Shown piece by piece: positions 1 to 10,070 of a DNA stretch of 64,000 bases (the stretch's first letter is position 1; every line of letters starts with the position of its first letter). Made by a program: the position numbers and the translations under genes. Origin of the DNA: an uncultured Verrucomicrobiae bacterium (lineage in GTDB: Bacteria > Verrucomicrobiota > Verrucomicrobiia > Chthoniobacterales > Terrimicrobiaceae); NCBI GenBank assembly GCA_963706955.1, contig CAVPOC010000010.1:96001-160000 (forward strand), in the 5' to 3' direction. The notes beneath the pieces were generated by a model that saw only the letters and a program-made list of their open reading frames with translations, did no database searches and was not told the origin of the DNA.

Positions 1-776
1 CGGAACAGACCTCGCCGGAACCAGCAGGCGAACAGGCGGCCGCGCCGAAACATAAGGACAAGACCTTCTTCCAAGTCTTAAGGGAGGGCGGCATCGTCAT
101 GATCCCGCTGGCCGCCGTTTCCGTATACATGCTCACGCTCATTATCGACAGCGTGCGCCGGATTCAGAATAAGGTGGTCTGTCCTCCCGATATCGTTAAT
201 CTCCTGCGCTCTCAGTTCAGCGCCGGAGACTACAACGCCGCCTTCCAAACGTGCCGCTCGAAGTCCTGCTTTCTGACGAACGTCGTTAGGGCCGGACTAA
301 GCATGCTTGGTCAGGGAAAAGAAGTCACCGAGAAGTCGATGGAAGACGTGATGGCCAAAGAGATCGCCTCGATGAATACGCGTATCTATTACCTGAATTT
401 GATTGGTGTGGTTACTCCGATGATTGGTCTCACCGGAACCGTGCTGGGAATGATGAGCGCCTTCAAGACGCTCGGCACAAGCGGCATCGGCGATCCGTCT
501 GCGCTTGCCGGCGCGATCGGTGAAGTTCTCGTGGCTACCGCTACCGGTCTCTTCGTCGCCATCCCCGGTTTCGCGAGCTACTATTTCTTCCGCAATCGCA
601 TCCAGGCAGTCGCCAGCCATACCGAAGAGGTGATTAACAATCTCTTCCGCGGCATGCCATATGCCTACCTGGCGGGAATGAACATCGGCGACGATCCTAT
701 CTACGCCGCCATCCCCAAGGAATACATGGCTGCCAACGAGCAGCCAGCGGAGTTTGCGGAGCAGCAATCCGCGTAG
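1..776 (+). CDS. exbB: MotA/TolQ/ExbB proton-channel family protein (5' end outside window)
   Basis: Frame is open from position 3 through the 99..776 ORF. Family motifs PMIGLTGTVLGMMSAF and AIGEVLVATATGLFVAIP are present, and two exbD genes follow. Confidence 0.92.
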   Translation, partial: EQTSPEPAGEQAAAPKHKDKTFFQVLREGGIVMIPLAAVSVYMLTLIIDSVRRIQNKVVCPPDIVNLLRSQFSAGDYNAAFQTCRSKSCFLTNVVRAGLSMLGQGKEVTEKSMEDVMAKEIASMNTRIYYLNLIGVVTPMIGLTGTVLGMMSAFKTLGTSGIGDPSALAGAIGEVLVATATGLFVAIPGFASYYFFRNRIQAVASHTEEVINNLFRGMPYAYLAGMNIGDDPIYAAIPKEYMAANEQPAEFAEQQSA

Positions 777-790
777 GTTCTTGGGGTGCC

Positions 791-1219
791 ATGAAGATCA
801 GATCGCCACATGCGGAGGAGCTTGGGTTCCAAATCGCTCCCATGTGCGACGTCCTCCTCGTTTTGCTCGTCTTCTTCATTTCGATAACCGCCACCAGCGC
901 CCTGCGCTCCGACCGTGCCATCGAACTGCCGGTGGGACCCAATGCGACAAAAAAGGCCACCGCACGTTCCGAAGCTCTCATCAACGTCAAGTGGGTTCCG
1001 GAAAAGTCCGCTGGAGTGGTCGCCCTCGAGAGCAAGGTTATCACCGAGCTTCCCGCGGTGACCGAAATGCTGGCCCCGCGCTCGAAAGCCGATCCCAATT
1101 ACCGCGTCGTCATTCGGGCGGACCGGAAGACTCCCGCCCAATATGTCGAGAAGGTCATGGCTGCGTGCGCTGAAGCCGGCATCACCGACATCGCCTTCTC
1201 GGTTTTGAACCGCGACTAG
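791..1219 (+). CDS. exbD: ExbD/TolR family biopolymer transport protein
   Basis: IAPMCDVLLVLLVFF transmembrane motif with the conserved Asp; C-terminal VVIRADRKTP...VMAACAEAGI. Confidence 0.92.
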   Translation: MKIRSPHAEELGFQIAPMCDVLLVLLVFFISITATSALRSDRAIELPVGPNATKKATARSEALINVKWVPEKSAGVVALESKVITELPAVTEMLAPRSKADPNYRVVIRADRKTPAQYVEKVMAACAEAGITDIAFSVLNRD

Positions 1220-1222
1220 TCC

Positions 1223-1663
1223 ATGCGCATCCACTCCGAACCCGAAGGAAATCTGGATTTTCAGATCGCTCCGATGGTCGATGTGATCTTCATCCTCATC
1301 CTTTTCTTCATGTGCTCGGCGGGCGCTACCAAGGTCGAGAATGAACTGAGCCTCAAGTTGCCAGGCCGCGTCTCGCAGGATCAGCCCATGCGCATGCTCG
1401 ACGAACAGATCATCGAAATCGAAGAGAATGGTCAGATCATTTTGAATGATCAGCAAATGGACACCGCGGCGCTGGCGGGAACACTCCAGCGCTATAAGGC
1501 CATTTCGGATGACGCGAAGTCCGGGACGGTTATCACCATCCTCACCGCCAGGAACACGAAATACCAGCGGATCATCGACGTGCTCAATGAATGCGCCGCC
1601 GCAAAGATCGAATCGGTCACCTTCATGACGCGACCAGACGAAAACAAGCTGGCCTCCCGATGA
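1223..1663 (+). CDS. exbD: Second ExbD/TolR family protein
   Basis: IAPMVDVIFILILFFM motif with the conserved Asp; C-terminal KYQRIIDVLNECAAAKI; 3-nt gap to the previous gene. Confidence 0.92.
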   Translation: MRIHSEPEGNLDFQIAPMVDVIFILILFFMCSAGATKVENELSLKLPGRVSQDQPMRMLDEQIIEIEENGQIILNDQQMDTAALAGTLQRYKAISDDAKSGTVITILTARNTKYQRIIDVLNECAAAKIESVTFMTRPDENKLASR

Positions 1664-3053
1664 GCGACACGACCGCAAATCCTCAGGACTTCGTCACCAA
1701 GCGCAAGCAACCGCTTCTTGGCACGTTTTCGATCAGCGTTCTCATCCATGCGGCCATGATCGCGCTGCTCGGAGGTGTCGTCGTCTTCAAGGTCCTGGAA
1801 CGACCGCCTGCTCAATTCAAGCCGCCTCCGCCGCCGGCAAAGGTCACCAAACTCGAGCCGAGAAAGCTCCAGCATAAGATCAAGATTCGCGAGCAGCAGC
1901 AAAATAGCGGCCGGCCGCGCGTCTCCCCGCGCCTGACCGCTAACCGCGTCTCCGGCATCTCGCTGCCGGAGATCGAGGTGGACCCGATGGCCGAGCCGGT
2001 CAAGACAAACATTCGCAAGAGCCTCGGCAAGAATTTCTCCAAAGATGGTCTTGGCACGGGATTCGGGAGCGGAACCGGCTCCGGGGGACTTGGCCTGGGC
2101 ACCTCTACCGTAAGCTTCTTCGGAATCAACGCCAAAGGGGAACGAATTGCCTTTATCATCGATCTCTCGCGCAGCATGGTGGAAGACGAGAAAGGGGGGT
2201 TAAATGGCATCGTTGTCCTGAAGAACGAGCTCAAGAAGATGGTTGAAAAGCTCAACGATGGCACCTTCTTTAATCTTATTTTCTTCGACGACAGCGTTGA
2301 CATCTTCAAACCAAAGCTGGTCGTCGCCAAGAGCGACACGAAGAAAGAGGCCGACGCGTTCATTTCCCCTTATTACTCAGAATACGGCAAAGAACTGCTC
2401 GCAGAACTATTCCGAAGACAAGCGGAGTTGGCCCTCGGCAACGCGCCTGCGCAACTACACGATGCCGATGATGGAATCCCGAGGGAAATACGTCTCCGAT
2501 GGTGGCCACACGAACAGCCAAATCGATGCTCCTCTCGTCGCCGCCTTTCAAATGCAGGCAGACACCATCTTCATCATCAGCGACGGAGCCCCGATTTTTG
2601 AACGTGCCCTCTTTGGCAAAGAGCTCGAAGGTATACGAAAAGAAGGTGGCGGAAGCGCAGGAGAGATGGGCGAAGGTGATGGAAAAGGACCACGCAAAGA
2701 TCGAGAAAGCCAATAAGGAGAGCACGGAAAAATATTGGAAAGAAGTCGATGCGGAGAACGCCAAGCGAGCCCGTCAAGGATTGCCGCCAAAGGTTGCCGA
2801 ACAAGGAGGACCAGTCGGACTGGGCATGAGCGTCGGACGTCCGAACCTATCCACCACCGAGACCATTGACTACATTCGGGCTCTGGCGGCCGAGCTCTAC
2901 GGCGACGACAAACGAAAGTTTCCCAGAATTTATACGGTCTCCTACGGGGCCGACGCCGCCGGCGAAGCGTTCTTGAAAGCCCTCGCTCAGGAATTTCACG
3001 GGAAGTTCAAGAGGATTCGCGGCTTGGCCGATCCGGTGAAAGTTAAAGGCTAA
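1660..3053 (+). CDS. Membrane-anchored vWA-domain protein with a TonB/TolA-like N-terminus (two apparent +1 frameshifts, ~2390 and ~2630)
   Basis: ATGA overlap with the exbD stop. TM helix SISVLIHAAMIALLG, Pro-rich and Gly-rich linkers, MIDAS motif IAFIIDLSRSM and FNLIFF in frame 1591. DTIFIISDG is in frame 2243 and RIYTVSYG...FLKALAQEFHGKF in frame 2499. Confidence 0.8.
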
Positions 3054-3201
3054 GAACGCCGAGCCTACGCGCTTTTCGGAGCACGTCGCTTCGCTGCGAT
3101 GCATAGAATTTGTAGAAGCGCTTGTGCCAAGCGTCTGTGGATTTCGCCGGGCGTTTGACCATGCGTCCCTATAACTCGTCGATCTCGACGATTCGTTTCC
3201 C

Positions 3202-3264
3202 TGTAGCGGCGGCGTCCCCGCCGCCGATCCAAGAACCCTCGACGATGGGGACATCGTCGCTACA
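3202..3264. repeat. GTAG-type REP doublet (REPIN-like inverted pair)
   Basis: TGTAG-CGGCGGCG-TCCC-CGCCGCCG...CGACGATG-GGGA-CATCGTCG-CTACA: two perfect 8-bp hairpins in inverted orientation, between convergent genes. Confidence 0.75.
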
Positions 3265-3337
3265 GGACCTCGATCGTGCGCTGGGAAGGTGGCCTACCCG
3301 GAGCGCCGGAAATCAGAGCGCCCCAGCCCAGGACAGG

Positions 3338-3372
3338 AAAACCGCTCGGCGGAGTGTCCCCCGAGCGGTTTT
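3338..3372. terminator. Probable bidirectional intrinsic terminator
   Basis: AAAACCGCTCGG-N11-CCGAGCGGTTTT perfect inverted repeat with short A/T tails, between convergent genes. Confidence 0.65.
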
Positions 3373-3419
3373 GATCTGAATTAGCTTAGAGATCAGCCAG
3401 GCGTCGTTCGCCCAGCCGA

Positions 3420-4435
3420 TCAAAGGCCTGACGGGATCCGAAATTTGGGATTGCCGTTCTGGTCCCAAAGTCCCCAATGCGGCTCCCATTGACTTCCCTT
3501 CTTCCAAGGCTCATCAAAAGCCTCGAAGAGGAAAGTGGATCCGATCTGGCCGTCTTTGACGGCATTGACCATGTCGGTCGTATAGATCTTCTCATTTTCG
3601 ACGCTGGTAACCGCCTTACCATTGTCGTGCGTCTGGTCCGGCTTGAACAGCGTCCATCGCTCGGCCAGCCGACCTCCCCCAGGAGAACAGGTTTTCCATT
3701 GGCGACGTTAGCTATGGCGTAGTCATACCAGTATTTGGTGTTCTTTTTGCCTTCTTCCACCGGGAGCTTCCCATAGAACGGATAGACGGTGAACATCAAG
3801 GAATCGGCTCTCGATTCCTTCATGATCCGCTTTCCGTAATCTTTGCCCGCCCGGTAATAAGGGTTAGGACTGCCATCCTCCATCTTTTGAGGGTTGAGAC
3901 CCGAATGGAAGCCTAGGCAGGTGGTAACCTTGACATTCGCGGGGACGCTTTGCTTAACCTTATTAATATCGGCGATCAGCTGCTCAACTGAGACCGCGCC
4001 ATCCGCAAAGTCCTGGTCCAGGCATTCGTTACCGACAATGACATACTCGACGATATTCGGATACTTATTGGCCAGTTCGATGGCCTTGGTCATTTGCTCT
4101 TCAGTCGCTCCACGCCACTTGGAAGATTCATAAATTCCCAAATAGACGTTCAAGTGCGGGTAATTTTGCGCAATGAAAGGAACCAACCCTAAGACACGCT
4201 TTTCCGTCCCGTAGGTTCGGATGTACCCAAACTTCTGGACAATCTTGCTGAGATCCTCCCGATACTGAGCGTCAGTAATCGGGGGGTCGTCAGGCCGGTC
4301 AGGCGTCTGACCAGGCTTGTGGTAGGGGCCGTAGTTGACCCCGACGAATCCGGGGGCCGCGTAACTACAAGTCTCCCCCACCCCAAGCATGACCAGGCCT
4401 GCGGCGACGAACTTGCTGATAATTTTTATCTTCAT
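3420..4435 (-). CDS. Secreted glycoside hydrolase family 17 (beta-1,3-glucanase/transglycosylase); apparent frameshift ~3652
   Basis: Signal peptide MKIKIISKFVAAGLVMLG; motifs GVNYGP, IRTY, VIVGNE and LGEVGWPS. After a one-base shift the frame continues FLFEAFDEPWK...WEPHWGLW to a TGA at 3420-3422. Confidence 0.85.
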
Positions 4436-4633
4436 TTTGTTAGTTGTAATTGATTTTTGCGCATGAGATCCCCTGAAGGATTCAAGCTTCACCGAGAATA
4501 AAGTGCCGGCGTCTTTTCTTCTACGACAACGAACCGATGTTTTGCGCCAATTTGGGGTTCAGCTTGACGCTCGCCGGCGGAACTTGGTCGTTGCCTAACA
4601 GGTTGCCCGAAAAAGTCAATCAAGCTCAAAAGC

Positions 4634-4671
4634 AAAAAAACCGCTCAACGGAGCGCTGCTGCGTTGGGCGG
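4634..4671 (-). terminator. Intrinsic terminator downstream of the lipoprotein gene
   Basis: Minus strand reads CCGCCCAACG-loop-CGTTGAGCGG-TTTTTTT. Confidence 0.65.
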
Positions 4672-4708
4672 TCGGGAGAAGACAACAACCGGTTTTCGGG
4701 TCGGAGAT

Positions 4709-5437
4709 CTACTTACATGTCCCGGCGTGATTCGCACGGAATCCTAATCTTATGGTTCTTTCTTCGGCGTGGGAGATGGCGTTGGACTCGGGACTGGCTG
4801 GCGTTGGGGAACTCGTGGCGATTTCGCTGAGCTTTGCTCCGGCCGCTTCGACGAGTTTCGTGGTCATATCCTCTTTGTTTAAAGGAGCTATTGCCACCAC
4901 CCTCCAGACGCGTGGAATTTCGCTCTCCGATGCCAAGGGTGCGTTCAACCAAACATCCTTAGATATCGCGGTGACCATCAAGCCGATTCTTGGCTCTTCC
5001 TGTTCCGGCAGCGTTCTGAACTCAAAGCCAAGCTTTCGCATGGCTTGTTGAGATTCCCCTAAGCTGGTTTGTCCCGTCCCGTGGGAAATATCGAACGGAC
5101 GTCGCATCCTGAGTGGAATTCTCGAAGCTGCTGTCGTCGTCGAGCGCTCGAGAGTCGGAATAACAATGAGCTCGGCCTTTTCCTCTGTGTCGTTGATCTG
5201 AAATCCCAATGCAGCCAGCTTTCCGCGGACGAGCTCGGCCACGACGTCCGCTTCGGCGGTATCACTCATGAACGAATCGGGCACGACCATTACGGAGCGA
5301 TTCGCCGCCTGGCCCGGATCGATCACCTCCGCGGTGACTTTCACCTGCGAAGTGGTGGCGCAGCTGAAAAATGCCAGAGATAGCCCGAGAGTTAGCCCCA
5401 GCGGCCACCTGTGCAGCCGCAGATCCTTGAACTTCAT
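4709..5437 (-). CDS. Hypothetical lipoprotein
   Basis: 242-aa ORF with a basic N-terminus, a hydrophobic stretch and a lipobox-like LAFFSC. Confidence 0.65.
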   Translation of the reverse strand: MKFKDLRLHRWPLGLTLGLSLAFFSCATTSQVKVTAEVIDPGQAANRSVMVVPDSFMSDTAEADVVAELVRGKLAALGFQINDTEEKAELIVIPTLERSTTTAASRIPLRMRRPFDISHGTGQTSLGESQQAMRKLGFEFRTLPEQEEPRIGLMVTAISKDVWLNAPLASESEIPRVWRVVAIAPLNKEDMTTKLVEAAGAKLSEIATSSPTPASPESNAISHAEERTIRLGFRANHAGTCK

Positions 5438-5588
5438 ATTAGAACGTCAAAGGTCCGCTAAACGCATCCAAAAGAAGAAACGACCTCGTAGCCTGAAGAA
5501 TCTTCAGTTCGTTGAGGTCGTGGCGTCATGCCCAATCAGGTCTTAGTTCAACCGGCGCGCCAGCGTCCTGCAGCCCTACCTGCCGGCG

Positions 5589-6998
5589 TCAGTAGGCGGT
5601 CTTCGGAGGCCTGAATACCTGATACATCGTACTAAAGATGATGTAGAAATCGAGAGGCAATGACCAGTCCTCGATATATCTGATGTCCAGCTTGGCACGG
5701 TCGACGACATCCTGATCATTCTTGGCTTCCCCGCGAAAGCCGCTCATTTGCGCCAAACCGGTAATCCCGGGCTTGGCAAACGTCCGGACATGGTATTCTC
5801 GCATAACTTCGCTGAATCGCCTGTTGTGAATGATCATATGCGGTCGCGGGCCCACCACGCTCATGTCTCCGAAAAAGACATTCAGGAACTGTGGAATTTC
5901 ATCCAGACTGGTTTTTCGAAGAATTCGCCCCATCGGGTAAATACGCGGATCCCCGGCAGTGGCTTGCTTGGAAGCTTCATCGCCTTTGTCAGCACGCATC
6001 GTCCGAAACTTAAAGATGCGGAAAGGCAAGTTGTTGAGGCCCGCCCGTGTCTGTCGATAGAAGAGCGGACCGGGAGATTGAATTGACTGGAAAATCTTCA
6101 CCACCAGGCAGAGTGGAGGCAAAACAAGCACGACCACCGGAAGACTCATCAAGAAGTCTACTGTCCGCTTGATCATACGATTGAAGGGATCTTCGAGCGG
6201 CTCATCCCTCAGACTGATAAACTCCTTGTCATGGAGTTTGAAGGTCGAGATGTCGTGGCGAAAGAGCTCGGACAGGTTGTTGAGAACCAAGAGCCGGACG
6301 CCCGCCTTGTTGGCGGCATTGACGACCAGATTAAGAGCGTCCGGATCGAGAGGCAATTCGAGCAGAAGGATTTGACGTATCCCTTCATGCCGGATGATGC
6401 GGTCAAGCATCGAAACACTCGATACGCGCGGCACATGGAGCACGCGCCCCTCCTCCTCGTCGCCTTCGCTGGGTTTACCACGTAAGCCGAACCCAAACGC
6501 CGACGTCTCAAGAATCCACCTGTTCATCGCCCTCGCTTTGTCGACGGGACCCACCAGCAGCGTTCTTTGCTCGTGTTGCTCGGAAAAAAGCTGATCGGCA
6601 AGTTTACCGGGAATGAGGAAATGGCAGATTAAAAAAGCCACGTAAACGCAGCCCAAGAACGCAAAAAACAAGGCGATGCGCATGTGCCTAAATTCAGGTT
6701 CCATGCCGAGCGCTAACGTAAGAAGCAGCACCACCCCGATGTAAACTGTCTGCTTGAGAGCCAGTTTGTGATAGTTAACAAAGCCTCCAACTAACAGTGT
6801 CGCCGCGCTGGACCGATTCCGGATCGCTCCGATGATCAATCCAAAGACCGCGGCAACGTTATAGAGGATGAACGGCGGGTAATGGGCCACCGGCATCGGA
6901 GATAACGCGATCAAAAAGACCCAATAGAGTACGGTGAGAACGAGCGCGAGAATGGCGTGGTAAACGTTCCACAAACCTCTAATGCGATTCTTAAGCAT
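5589..6998 (-). CDS. wcaJ: Priming polyprenyl-phosphate sugar phosphotransferase (WcaJ/WbaP family)
   Basis: Four N-terminal TM helices; C-terminal Bac_transf motifs [36 protein letters not shown] and KPGITGLAQ. Confidence 0.9.
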   Translation of the reverse strand: MLKNRIRGLWNVYHAILALVLTVLYWVFLIALSPMPVAHYPPFILYNVAAVFGLIIGAIRNRSSAATLLVGGFVNYHKLALKQTVYIGVVLLLTLALGMEPEFRHMRIALFFAFLGCVYVAFLICHFLIPGKLADQLFSEQHEQRTLLVGPVDKARAMNRWILETSAFGFGLRGKPSEGDEEEGRVLHVPRVSSVSMLDRIIRHEGIRQILLLELPLDPDALNLVVNAANKAGVRLLVLNNLSELFRHDISTFKLHDKEFISLRDEPLEDPFNRMIKRTVDFLMSLPVVVLVLPPLCLVVKIFQSIQSPGPLFYRQTRAGLNNLPFRIFKFRTMRADKGDEASKQATAGDPRIYPMGRILRKTSLDEIPQFLNVFFGDMSVVGPRPHMIIHNRRFSEVMREYHVRTFAKPGITGLAQMSGFRGEAKNDQDVVDRAKLDIRYIEDWSLPLDFYIIFSTMYQVFRPPKTAY

Positions 6999-7209
6999 CT
7001 GTTATTCAAGATTAAGCAGTCACAGACTGCCAAATGCGTAATGCGCCGCTGGAGCCCACGCGCCCGCGCCAGCATACAGCCCGAGCGAGATCCGATTTTG
7101 ACGCGTGGACGCTTATCGACATCGTCAGCTTCATCAAAAAGCTCGTGTCGTTCCTCTAAGAAGGACGTGCTCTACGGCAGGTTCAAGATCCACAGCTCGA
7201 CTTGCGCGT

Positions 7210-7647
7210 TTAGTTATCCCCTCGCCGCGTTGCCAGGCCAGTTTTTAAGCCTTCGCGGCTCACAATTTTCCACAAGCCCCGAACGGCCAAATACAGCAGG
7301 CAGGCCAATCCGAGACCGAGCCACCCGTTCAGCACATCGTCGATGTCGACATGCCGTTCCGGCATCCAAATTTGCGCAAATTCCAAGAACGGAATGAGCA
7401 GCGCAATCGCGGCAATCGCCACAATCTGCTTCACGTTCAAGATACGCCGCCCCATCAGTAGCAGGAGCGCAGTGATCCCAAACACTCCGAAGGCCAACTG
7501 ATTACGAAATGCGTCAAACGTGTTAAAAAAAACCCGCACGTCGTCCGGGGCCATGCCCTTGGGAACTTCGGGATTTGGTTTCAAGGCGAAGAAAAGGATG
7601 ATCCCCAACCATCCGATGAACAGGAGGGACCGAAGGAACTTCGTCAT
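7210..7647 (-). CDS. VanZ-like membrane protein
   Basis: Four hydrophobic segments and LEFAQIWMPERHVDIDDVLNGWLG, matching the VanZ pattern E..Q...P.R..D..D...N..G. ATG chosen at 7647. Confidence 0.75.
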   Translation of the reverse strand: MTKFLRSLLFIGWLGIILFFALKPNPEVPKGMAPDDVRVFFNTFDAFRNQLAFGVFGITALLLLMGRRILNVKQIVAIAAIALLIPFLEFAQIWMPERHVDIDDVLNGWLGLGLACLLYLAVRGLWKIVSREGLKTGLATRRGDN

Positions 7648-7728
7648 GAAACTAGGGTCAGCGTAGATGTGCGAATAGTCGTCGGACGTCACAAATAAAG
7701 CGCCATTTCACTCCCGCTTTCAACCGCC

Positions 7729-8868
7729 TCACAATCCGAGGGAGGCCTCCCAACCCTGGCAATTCCTCCGCACGAAATCTGCAAACCTCTGCCTAAACAC
7801 TTCTGCGCTGAATTTTCCGGCCTGTTGCCGAATCTCCGCGGGTGAAAAGGTTCCTGTTTCAAACAGGCGCACCGCGCCCGCCAGTGATTCCACGGATTGT
7901 TCGTAAAACAAGATCCCGGTCTTACCCGGGATTACCGTTTCAGCGACACCACCTCGACCAAAGGCGATCACGGGCGTCCCGCAGGCTTGCGCTTCCACGG
8001 GAACGATTCCGAAATCTTCCTCTGCCACGAAGACAAAAGCCTTTGCGCGTTGCAGGTGAGATCGCAAGGTCGCATTATCCCTGTAACCGAGGAGCTCAAC
8101 GTTCGATCCCGCCTTTGCCCGCACCTTGTCCATTTCCGGTCCATCGCCGATGATGATCAGCTTTTTCTCCGGCATTCGACTAAATGCCTCGGCGATGAGA
8201 TCGATCTTTTTGTAGGGAACCATGCGGGAAGCCGTCAGATAAAAGTCCTCTTTTCTCTCCTCGATCTGGAAATTCTCGATCGCCACTGGAGGGTAGATCA
8301 CCTCCGCCTCGCGGCGATAAACCTTCATGATCCTCCGCGCGATGTAAGCTGAATTGGCCGCGAAGGCGTCCACACCAGCGGCGGTGCGATAGTCCCAGAG
8401 ACGAACGTAGTGAAGCAAAAATCGCACGATGAAGCTTTTCAATCCCTTGGTGAGACCCGACTGCTCGAGATATTGATGCTGCATATCCCAGGCATATCGG
8501 ATCGGGGAATGACAATAGCAAAGGTGTCGCTGGTCTGGACCTGTGAGGACCCCTTTCGCGAAGGAATAGCTGCTCGAAATGACCAGATCGTAAGGAGAAA
8601 GGTCAAACTGCTCGACCGCCAGGGGCATGATGGGAAAATAAGATCTATATCGGGTCTTACCGCCCGGCAGCCTCTGAACGAAGGACGTTGTGACAGGTTT
8701 GTTTTGCAGAAAACCACGCTGCTCCGGTGGAATCGCGTCGATCATGCTGAAAATATCGGCTTGCGGAAGGACCAGAAGGATCTGTTCCAGGACGCGTTCG
8801 GCGCCCCCGTAAAGCGGAAGCCAATCGTGCACGATGGCGATTTTGCGAACAGAAGGTGAGTGGGTCAT
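7729..8868 (-). CDS. Glycosyltransferase family 4 (WbaZ-like)
   Basis: IAIVHDWL..YGGAERVL and EDFGIVPVEAQACGTPVIA. Confidence 0.92.
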   Translation of the reverse strand: MTHSPSVRKIAIVHDWLPLYGGAERVLEQILLVLPQADIFSMIDAIPPEQRGFLQNKPVTTSFVQRLPGGKTRYRSYFPIMPLAVEQFDLSPYDLVISSSYSFAKGVLTGPDQRHLCYCHSPIRYAWDMQHQYLEQSGLTKGLKSFIVRFLLHYVRLWDYRTAAGVDAFAANSAYIARRIMKVYRREAEVIYPPVAIENFQIEERKEDFYLTASRMVPYKKIDLIAEAFSRMPEKKLIIIGDGPEMDKVRAKAGSNVELLGYRDNATLRSHLQRAKAFVFVAEEDFGIVPVEAQACGTPVIAFGRGGVAETVIPGKTGILFYEQSVESLAGAVRLFETGTFSPAEIRQQAGKFSAEVFRQRFADFVRRNCQGWEASLGL

Positions 8869-10070
8869 TCGATAGTTACGATATCCTTGAGCAGCTGGCG
8901 GATGCGGCCGACTGTCTTTTCCATCGAGAATCTCTCACGGGAACTCGCAAGAGCCGCCGACGATACCTTCGCGGCCAAGTCCGGATCCTGAATGATCTTG
9001 CCAACCGCCAAGGCCAGCGCCGGCGGATCGGCGGGAGGAACCAAAAATCCGTCCTGACCGTCGGTGATGATTTCATCAACTCCGCCGCCCCGCGTCGCGA
9101 CGACCGGCGTTCCAGCAAGCATTGATTCGACAATCACACGCCCGAACGGCTCGGCGGCAACCGAGCAATGAACAACCACATCCATTGCTTGCAGCAATGC
9201 GGTCACATCAGAGCGAAATCCGAGAAAATGCACACGCCCTTGCAAGCCCGGCTCTTCGGCTGTGCGCTGCAATTCCTCGCGATAAGCACGGTCGTCCTCG
9301 GTAAACAGTGCCTCCCCAACAATGACCAGATGGACTCCTGGCAAGGAGCGCAGGGCCTCAAGGGCGATGTGCTGACCCTTCCAGCGAGTCAGGCGTCCAA
9401 AGATTCCGATCAGGCGACCGGTAGGAAGACCAAGTTGCGCGCGCAAGGCAGATGGCACAAGATCTTTGGACCGCGCGAAAAGCTCCGGCTCGAAGCCATT
9501 GTAGACTACCTCGACGAGGGCGCGTCTTCCACCCGTGGCGACGAACGTCTCGGCCGTAGCGTTTGAGTTGGCAATCACCAGACCGGCTCTACGCGCAAAG
9601 AACTGGAGCAGCTTCAAGTTCATCGGGCTAAAATGCTCGTCGGTAAGGAGGTCATGAAGATGAACGACCAAATTGCGTCTGGAAAGCCAAGCGATCAGGC
9701 CACCAAGCACAATTGCCTTCGGCGTGTTGCAATAGACAAGATTGGCGTCCTCAAGCCGCCGGCGAACTTCCTGATAGAAGGCAAGCAACTGGGGAGCGGC
9801 CTTCAAAAGCGATCCAACTCCAGCGCTCTTGCTGACGGACTTCGCCTCCCCAGGCATCGATATGGTTTCAACCAAAACGCCTCTTTCCAGAAGCATCTCG
9901 ACAAAGGGCCCGTCTTCAAGAAGCAGAACGCGCGACCATTCGGAACATGCCTCCGCCAGGTCCGCCAGAAAAAGCTCGGCACCCCCAATCTGGCCGCTTT
10001 GATCTAAAAAGACCACTGGCATGGCCGTTTGAGAACGATCAGTGCTACGAGTCGCTATTTCTGAAGGCAT
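8865..10070 (-). CDS. Glycosyltransferase family 4
   Basis: DQSGQIGGAE, GRLTRWKGQ and EPFGRVIVESMLAGTPVV. The start may be at ~10022. Confidence 0.92.
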   Translation of the reverse strand: MPSEIATRSTDRSQTAMPVVFLDQSGQIGGAELFLADLAEACSEWSRVLLLEDGPFVEMLLERGVLVETISMPGEAKSVSKSAGVGSLLKAAPQLLAFYQEVRRRLEDANLVYCNTPKAIVLGGLIAWLSRRNLVVHLHDLLTDEHFSPMNLKLLQFFARRAGLVIANSNATAETFVATGGRRALVEVVYNGFEPELFARSKDLVPSALRAQLGLPTGRLIGIFGRLTRWKGQHIALEALRSLPGVHLVIVGEALFTEDDRAYREELQRTAEEPGLQGRVHFLGFRSDVTALLQAMDVVVHCSVAAEPFGRVIVESMLAGTPVVATRGGGVDEIITDGQDGFLVPPADPPALALAVGKIIQDPDLAAKVSSAALASSRERFSMEKTVGRIRQLLKDIVTIE

